A DNA stretch of 64,000 nucleotides from Octopus vulgaris (taxonomy: Eukaryota): contig OX597814.1 in the NCBI GenBank assembly GCA_951406725.2, positions 195,920,001 to 195,984,000 on the forward strand, given 5' to 3'. Each line of letters opens with the position of its first letter. Position 1 is the stretch's first letter. Under the pieces are notes generated by a model, which had not been told where the DNA came from, did no database searches, and saw only the letters and a list, made by a program, of their open reading frames with translations. This document shows positions 54,800 to 64,000 of the stretch, in pieces. Position numbers and translations under genes: made by a program.

Positions 54800-55631
54800 A
54801 GTTTTGGCACAAGGTCAGCAAGTTCGAGGTGGCGGTGGCGGTGGTGATGGTGGTGATGTTGTTGATGGTGTTGATGGCAGTGGCTACTCAATCGATACCA
54901 GAAATCGACTTGTACATATTTAATGGACCTCAAAATGATGTAAGTCAAAGTCAACCTCGGCGGAATTTGAACTCAGAACGTAGCGGCAGACAAAATACCG
55001 TCAAGCATAACGTCCAACGAGTTTAGGGATTCTTATTGCTTTATTTCACAAGGGGCTAAACACAGAGGGGACAAACAAGGACCGACAAAGGGATTAAGTC
55101 TATTACATCGATCCCAGTGCGTAACTGGTACTTTATCGACCCCGAAATGATGAAAGGCAAAGTCGACCTCGGCGGAATTTGAACTCAGAACGTATCAGCA
55201 GACTAAATACCACCTATATCTTTACTACCCACAAGGGGCTAAACACAGAGAGGACAAACAAGGACAGACAAAGGGATTAAGTCGATTAGATCGACCCCAG
55301 TGCGTAACTGGTACTTAATTTATTGACCCCGAAAGGATGAAAGGCAAAGTCGACCTCGGCGGAATTTGAACTCAGAACGTAACGGCAGACGAAATACCTA
55401 TTTCTTTACTACTCACAAGTGGCTAAACACAGAGAGGACAAACAAGAACAGACAAACGGATTAAGTCGATTATATAGACCCCAGTGCGTAACTAGTACTT
55501 ATTTAATCGACCCCGAAAGGATGAAAGGCAAAGTCGACCTCGGCGGAATTTGAACTCAGAACGTTAGCGGCAAACGAAATACCGCTAAGCATCTCGCCCG
55601 GCGTGCTAACGTTTCTGCCAGCTCGCCACCT
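54800..55631 (-). mobile_element. SINE family C trimer (55030-55631) abutting an older tail-B copy
   Basis: Three tail-A units with the recurrent junction. Confidence 0.9.
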
Positions 55632-55639
55632 CAGTAATA

Positions 55640-55670
<31 letters not shown>

Positions 55671-56203
55671 GGATGCATTTGTCTGTTCTGTATACCGAGT
55701 TATTTCAAAATGGATTACATTACATTTCACGTTTGTTACATACACATTGGTGTTATAGCAGAAAATAGTACATTTAAAAAAAATTATTATTTACTTTTGA
55801 CATCTCTAAAATTATTATTTATATATTTCATGTATTATATATATTTTTTGATAATTTATTATTATTCCGCTAACAATTTTTATTTAGAAATATTTCTTTT
55901 TTTGACATCTTTATTCTTAAAATATTTTAAATTTTTATATTTGATATTTTTAAATTTATGTTTTCGATGTACTTTTCCTCCAGTAAAATTTTCTCCTCAG
56001 CAAAACTGAATTCTATCAAATTAAGATATAATACATGACAATTGTAATAGATCACAATTAGCAACTTTCTTTGTTGTGTGATATTTGCTTTGGTAGTCGA
56101 AAAGAGGCAAAAAAATGGTAGAAGCAGAAAATCGTGTTCCTCTAGAAAAATATTGCTATGCGCATGATTCATTCTGACACACAAATTCACACACACACTC
56201 ACA

Positions 56204-56237
<34 letters not shown>

Positions 56238-56721
56238 CAAACACAGTTACATACAGACACACAAAGCACGTCGCTCAAACATATATACAAACACAATTAT
56301 ATATATATATATATATTTATATATTCACATATGCACAATTCTAAAAGTTAAATGCGGGCATGTGCATACGTGTATGCTTGTAGAATTTTATATATCCGAG
56401 TATGTTGTATATCCGTCCGTTGTGTATATGTGTGTTTGTTTCAGTGTATGTGTGTGTATGTGAGAGATAGAGAGATAGAGAGGGGAGGAGGTTTTGGTTG
56501 TGCGACTGAAAATCGTCCCTATCACTCACTATATATAAGTTGAAATTCACTATAATTGTAAGAACTAGCTAATAAATTTTATCCACTAAAAGTGAAGATA
56601 TGGAATTGAAACTATTAGACAGGGAGGGAAAGTGAGTTGAGAGAGAGAGAGAGAGAGAGAGGGTGGGGAGAGAGAGAGGGAGACTTGGTCATAAGCAATT
56701 TTGCTCTCTTTTATTTTTTTT

Positions 56722-57118
56722 CTCTTTTACTTGTTTCAGTCATTTGACTGCGGCCATGCTGGAGCACCGCCTTTAATCGAGCAACTCGACACCGGGACTT
56801 ATTCTTTTTGTAAGCCCAGTACTTATTCTATTGGTCTCTTTTGCAGAACCGCTAAGTAACGGGGACATAAACACACCAGCATCGGTTGTCAAGCAATGCT
56901 AGGGGGACAAACACAGACACACAAACAAACACACATACACATATATATATACGACAGGCTTCTTTCAGTTTCAGTTACCGTCTACCAAATCCACTCACAA
57001 GGCATTGGTCGGCCCGGGGCTATAGCAGAAGACACTTGCCCAAGATGCCACGCAGTGGGACTGAACCCGGAACCATGTGGTTGGTTAGCAAGCTACTTAC
57101 CACACAGCCACTCCTGCG
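56722..57118 (-). mobile_element. SINE family B, full length
   Basis: Matches the consensus. Confidence 0.9.
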
Positions 57119-57419
57119 CTCTGTTCAGAAAAGATTAATATAGTTAACAAATTGTCGATTACATCGACTCCAACAATCAAGCTGTAATTATTTTATCGAC
57201 TCCGAAAGGATGAAAAGCATGGTCGATCTCGGCTGGACATAAGGCTGCTCTGGTAACATCAAGGACAAGACACCGAGGCTTTACTGCTTGCGACAGAGGA
57301 CAGAATGATTCCTGATTATTAGAGCTTCTAAAATGATAACCAGCAATTGGTTGGGCTAGTCGCTCACCGAATGAATTTTGTTCAAAAGTTAGGTCCTATA
57401 TAGCTATCAAATCAGCTGT

Positions 57420-57530
57420 TGTTTTTTTCTCTTTATCCGTTAATCCTTAAGGTGTTCATGCAGAATTATATCGTCCCAGACATCGTGATTATTTGCATTG
57501 TATGAATGAAGGATTTGCGTTCTCTTCCCA
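57420..57530 (-). mobile_element. Short 3' copy of the R4/Dong-like element
   Basis: ~110 bp highly similar to 63610-63720. Confidence 0.75.
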
Positions 57531-57827
57531 GAGCAGTTGAATTTCTCAAAAGTTTATTCCACACATTTAGTTAAAGGGTTATTGAAGAATGTAATGACTG
57601 ATATACAAATAATTGGATTATAACGGGTGGAACGCGTTCCAATTACAGTTTAGTTCGACAAGGTGTGACCTGGGAATACGCATCAACAAAAAGTATTGAT
57701 TTCTAGCTCAAGGGAGAAGACTTCTACCCGGGCATTCAACCGGTAATTTACAGTAACTAAATTTCGTTCGGAGATTATATTGTGCCAATGCAAATAAGGA
57801 AAGAGGCGATGGGGCAAACAGTGACAC

Positions 57828-58770
57828 ACATACATACATACATACATACATACATACATACATACATACATACATACATACATACATACATACATACATA
57901 CATACATACATTACATACATACATACATATATACGTAAATACGTACATACATACATACGTATATAGGTACATACATACATACATACATACATATATACAT
58001 ACATATATACATACATACATACATACATATATACATACATACATATATACATACATACATATATACATACATACATATATACATACATACATACATACAT
58101 ACATACATGCATATACACATACATACATACGTACGTACATACATATATACATACATACATACGTACATACATACATACATATATACATACATATATACAT
58201 ACATACATACATACATATATACATACATACATATATACATACATACATACATATATACATACATACATACATACATATATACATACATACATACGTACGT
58301 ACATACATATATACATACATACGTACATACATACATACATACATACATACGTACATACACACATACATACATACATACATACATACATGCACATACATAC
58401 ATACATAGATACATACATACATACACACATACATACATATATACATACGTACATACATACATATATACATACATACATACGTACGTACATACATGCATAC
58501 ATACATACATACGTACGTACATACATAGCTACATACGTACATACATACATATATACATACATACATACGTACATACATACATATATACATACATACGTAC
58601 GTACATACATGCATACATACATACAAACATACGTACGTACATACATGGCTACATACGTACATACATACACACCACACATACATACATACATACATACATA
58701 CATACATACATACACATATATATATATTTTCAAATACATACACACACAGATGCACGCACACACACACATG

Positions 58771-58847
<77 letters not shown>
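57828..58847. repeat. ~1-kb (TACA)n-derived microsatellite ending in (CA)n(TA)n
   Basis: Direct reading. Source of the 200-400 aa ORFs. Confidence 0.95.
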
Positions 58848-58852
<5 letters not shown>

Positions 58853-59725
58853 CAATGTACCTTGAGAAGATTCCGTACAAACCAGATGTATTTAGAGAAG
58901 TTTTACCAAACGGCAGCAATGTTCAATTAACTTAAGCCATTTCATACACGGATCAGTTAATACCACTGAGATTGTCATGCCTACAGTCAAAATCTATTAT
59001 CTGACATTTTATTTACGCAACTCGCAGACAACCGCACGTACTTATGTACATACATACATTAGTATATTTATCTAAAATTGCATAAACAAACCTTTAGAAG
59101 AAAATGTATGTTATATAAATCGCACATATGCCGTCGCTTACTTTAACTAATGATATCTTCAATAAAAATCCTATTACTTTAACAACCCGACATATATCCA
59201 TTTGATCTGTTATAATAAATCATAGCTTTGCCATATATTTGCATATGTCACAACAACCAAAGTATATTGCAATGCTATTATGAAATTTTACTAGAAGCAA
59301 CTTCATTGAGGAAATTCAGCATCACAATTCATTCTATAATTCATAGGGGGAAATGATCAGAAAGGATATTGATCAGACAGGCTGAATAATAAAGTCGGAA
59401 TAAATAAAGTGTTTCTAGTTTACAAATAAACCGCGACAAAACATATGCCTAAATATACGGAGTCGTATAGACATGTAAATTGTTTCTCTATGCTCGTCTT
59501 GTGTATGTATGTATGTATGTATGTATGTATGTATGTATGTATGTATGTATGTATGTATGTATGTATGTATGTATGTATGTATGTGTGTATGTGTGTATGT
59601 ATGTACGTATGTACGTATCCATCTATCTCTCCCTATATATATATGTATATATATGTATGTAAGCATTATGTATGTATGTATGTATGTATGTATGTATGTA
59701 CGTATGTATGTATCCATCTATCTCT

Positions 59726-59770
<45 letters not shown>

Positions 59771-59775
<5 letters not shown>

Positions 59776-59957
59776 GAGAAAGAAGCAACAAGAATGGATT
59801 AGTTTTTAGTACAATTGTTTCATACAAAGACAGGCTTTATTAAAAGTTGCAAATGTTGCAGCTTTTGCAATATTTGCAACTTTTAATAAAGCCTGTCTTA
59901 GTATGAAACAATTGTACTAAAAACTAATCCATTCTTGTTGCTTCTTTCTCGTTTATA
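59771..59957. repeat. Foldback, ~85-bp arms, in a (TA)n-flanked family copy
   Basis: taaacgagaaagaagcaacaagaatgg... and its reverse complement. Confidence 0.9.
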
Positions 59958-60062
59958 ATCACCCCACATTACTGTATGGTTAACACCATATAGTTTTCTG
60001 GTGCATCTAAGTTAAGTAGCGCATTCAAGTGAATTCATTAGAATTGACTTGAATCTTAATTG

Positions 60063-60134
<72 letters not shown>

Positions 60135-60641
60135 CGTATCCATCTATCTATCCCTTTATATATATATATATATATGGAGAATTTACGAAGAAAAACAAAA
60201 GACGAAGACAGGTGGTGTACAAAGCAAACAGATGTATTAGTATAACGCTCAGGAATAGAAAAAAGTCTTTTACCTTTCGAGCCTACGCTGTTCCATAGAA
60301 AGGAACACAGAAAAAACAAGGAGAGAAACAAGGAGGGAAAAAAATGTGTGTAGTGGCTAACGATATACATCTGTGTGCGCGCAGAATATGTAGCATACAT
60401 GGTGTTCTGAGTGTTAGATCTGAGAAACTAGATGTATGAAATATTGTTCGTCGTAATATTAAGATTTTTAATAAAACAGACTATTCTTTATTTTTTTCTT
60501 TCCTTTAAAAAAAGTATACCATACATTGTAGTTTTACGGCGTTCAAATTTCGACTCAAATCCACACACACACACACACACACATATATGCACACACACAC
60601 ATATGCACACACACAAACACACACACACACACAAACACAGA

Positions 60642-61012
60642 GGCGTGGCTGTGTGGTAAGAAGCTTGCTTCCCGACCATATTGTTCCGGGTTCAGTCCCA
60701 CTGCGTGGCACCTTGGTCAAGTATCATCTACTATAACCTCAGGTTGACCAAAACCTTCTGAGTGGATTTGGTAGACGGAAACTGGAAGAAGCCTGTCGTA
60801 TATACATGTATATATTTGTATATGTGTATGTGTTTTTTGTCCCCATCCACCATCGCTTGACAACCGATGTTGGTGTATTTATGTAGCGGTTCGGCAAGAA
60901 AGACCAGTAAAATGAGTATTATGCTTACAAAGAACAAGTCCAGGGGATCGATTTCTTCCACTAACACACTTTAAGATGGTGCTCCAGCATGGCTGCAGTC
61001 AAATGGCTGAAA
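60642..61012 (+). mobile_element. SINE family B, older copy
   Basis: Diverged match to the consensus. Confidence 0.85.
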
Positions 61013-61081
61013 TAATGAATAGAATAAATATATAAATATTAAAAGAATATATTTATAACTTAACCTTATGTACTTTCTAAA

Positions 61082-61205
61082 ATCTCTGACGAAGCCTAGA
61101 GAAACACCCAAGTACCTTAATTTCATGTACCAATTACTTCCCTCTACTGAAGGGATAAAGGTAGGATGAGGTATTTTTGCCTCTTGGCTGAAACGGCTGT
61201 AAGAT
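61082..61205 (+). ncRNA. Type I hammerhead with ~90-nt stem II insertion
   Basis: ATCT-CTGACGA-AGCC...GGCT-GAAAC-GGCT-GTA-AGAT: all core nucleotides canonical and all three stems pair. Confidence 0.75.
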
Positions 61206-61379
61206 ATCCCAAATATCTGTATATATTATATATGTAAAGCATAATATGTTATATATGTATGTATAATGTTATAATTGTTCTTTTAGTAAATAAACAAATT
61301 GACATAATATAATGTCTAAAAGTTGATGAATACCACCTATATTGATCACCTCCATATTCTTATTGCTCTCTATATGAAG

Positions 61380-61438
<59 letters not shown>

Positions 61439-62078
61439 TATACATATACATATATATATGCATATATATATGCACATATATATCTATATATATATGTATA
61501 TATACATACATACTTATATGTTCATACACATACATATCTGTATACATGTGTATATATGTATGTATTTACATTTCAACATACATACGGACACACATACAAG
61601 GCATATACACATACAGATGTATAAATATATGTGCTTATGTGCATATGTGTGTGTATGTGTATGGGCATGTTAATTATTTCGCTTATCTCGCTAGAATTCG
61701 TGCATCGTTTCAACTGAGAACAGGTATCAGCGAACACTTAAAATAGTCTTCTTTGTTCTTTATCGTAAAATAGCTCCATCTCTCCACCACTCGCTCTCTA
61801 TCTCTCTCTACATACATACATACATATATGTGTGTTTGTTTGTGTAATAAAGTAGTGAGATCCAAAATAATCGACTTGGTTAGCCTCAAGCATAGACGCG
61901 GCTTGTATAGATAACACAAACTTAATGAAACTCGATCAATAAAATTTATTAATCAACAATGCATTTCGTCCCGTATCGAAATAGATGGAATTTCTGATAA
62001 GATGACCGTCACTCTACAACTCCAGTCAATAGCAACAAATGTTGCTACTTATGTGATTACAAATCAGTGGGTAACTGG

Positions 62079-62118
<40 letters not shown>

Positions 62119-62223
62119 GTGTGTATATGAGTTGTGTATTTACATATGTGGTTGTGTACATAGATGTGTGCATATATGCTGTATTTGCACGTCTATGTGT
62201 AATGGTACATGCATACATATGTT

Positions 62224-62360
<137 letters not shown>

Positions 62361-63127
62361 TATGTATATGCGTGTGTGTGTGTGTGTGTGTGTGTGCACA
62401 AGCGGAATGTAGATTTGTGTACTTGCATGATTTATTTCATGTTGTTTTATATTTTGGTGTCTGCACGTAGGAATTTATGAGTCCAGTTATCTTAGTAACG
62501 ACACTAAATCGAGTATTCTTTATTTTTCCTTTTTGCTCTAATCGCTTCGGGGCCTTAATTTCAACTTTATTACCTTATAATGTTAGTATTTATCTCCTTC
62601 GTTCTTTCCACATCTCTTCACAAGAAAGGATACTCATTCAGTTAGAAAACACCTCTGTAATTCATAAACCTTTCTACTTAATTGTAGTTCCTTTGTAGAG
62701 AATGAATATCGTTGGTCGCTTGACCAAGCCATGCATTTACTGTAGAAAGTATAGAAATGTACCCGAAGAGAAAGAACACTAATCAAATACGTAATAACTT
62801 AAAGTTACATAAAGTTTTGTAATTCATTTGAAACATATGTAGTACGTAAGTACCCACTAATATATATGTGGATGTTTGTATGTATGTATCCATGTATGTA
62901 TGTATGTACCCAGTCACTTACTTACATAAGCACATATTTATATGTATTCTTATATTCCGTCCTTGTTATCGTCCTTGGATTGCAATTATTCTAGGACCTC
63001 TGGTTTAAGGGATTCCTAGACTGTAAGGCCGATCAGTACTTATTTTGAGTTCGATATTTCTCCCGTCGGACACACTTTTGTCGAATCACCAACTTACGAC
63101 TTTCATACATGAATACACATATGTCCA

Positions 63128-63506
63128 GGAGGCGCAATGGCCCAGTGGTTAGGGCAGCGGACTCGCGGTCATAGGATCGGGGTTTCGATTCCCAGACCGG
63201 GCGTTGTGAGTGTTTATTGAGCGAAAACACCTAAAGCTCCACGAGGCTCCGGCAGGGATGGTGGTGATCCCTGCTGTACTCTTTCACCACAACTTTCTCT
63301 CACTCTTATTTCCTGTTTCTGTTGTACCTGTATTTCAAAGGCCTTGTCACTCTCTGCGTCACGCTGAATATCCCCGAGAACTACGTTAAGGGTACACGTG
63401 TCTGTGGAGTGCTCAGCCACTTACACGTTAATTTCACGAGCAGGCTGTTCCGTTGATTCGGATCAACCGGAACCCTCGTCGTCGTAACCGACGGAGTGCT
63501 TCCACC
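63128..63506 (+). mobile_element. SINE family A, full length
   Basis: 12-bp TSD ACACATATGTCC at 63115-63126 and 63507-63518. Confidence 0.9.
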
Positions 63507-63604
63507 ACACATATGTCCGTTGCATGTATGTATTCGCAATTTTTAATTTCGAATAAAGTTTGCCTGGCCACCCCCTTGGCAGCAATGTTGTGAAAGAAAG
63601 CTTC

Positions 63605-64000
63605 TTGTTTCTTTTTTTCTCTTTATCCGTTAAACCTTAAGGAGGTCATGCAGAATTATATCGTCCCAGATATCGTGATCATTTGCATTGTATGAATTAA
63701 GGATTTGCGCCTTCTTCCCATGAACACAAGTTCGGCCATATTTTGCTTCAGACAGGTTGATACGTATCCCATTGATCATGTAGTTGTACGTATGAAACTG
63801 AAAGTGTCTTGAATACTGGATTTGCAAACTCCTTATTAATGTTCCGTAGGTGTTCTATTTCTCATGTTTTATCTTAACAATATTGGTACCCGGAGGGCAG
63901 CTGATTTCTATAACAGAAGATATTGTGGTCCTAAAGAACAATATCTGGCTGGTTGTGTTTTGTCCTAGAGGATTTTAGGCTTTGCCTCTTCATGTGCACC
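63605..64000 (-). pseudogene. R4/Dong-like non-LTR element, restriction-like endonuclease C-terminus
   Basis: Minus translation KHNQPDIVL...VIEISCPPGTNIVKIKHEK*NTYGTLIRSLQ (PD..E..K..Y RLE pattern). Has stops and a frameshift, and runs off the window. Confidence 0.75.

Noticed and set aside
57708-58935. 200-400 aa ORFs on both strands
   Set aside because: (TACA)n translation artefacts.

Overview
AT-rich, microsatellite-saturated animal DNA, most consistent with an octopus (cephalopod) intergenic or intronic region. This assignment rests on recognising the SINE families from memory, not on a search. No host protein-coding exon could be supported; almost all ORFs in the track are microsatellite or SINE read-throughs. 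The window contains four modular tRNA-derived SINE families, a decayed Neptune-type Penelope-like element (PLE; RT plus GIY-YIG), 3' fragments of RTE, Hero and R4/Dong LINEs, and mariner, hAT and Merlin-like DNA elements. The most notable signal is a dense population of short non-autonomous PLE-type inserts in (TA)n tracts, with foldback arms and about 12 type I hammerhead ribozyme (HHR) motifs. Two of these motifs carry a compensatory U3-A8 core pair. One TSD-flanked element fuses a tRNA/Pol III head to a hammerhead pLTR tail with a PLE-style 5' inversion, making it a candidate Penelope-mobilised ribozyme SINE. One SINE family also inserts as head-to-tail multimers with a fixed junction. All coordinates and folds were read by eye.
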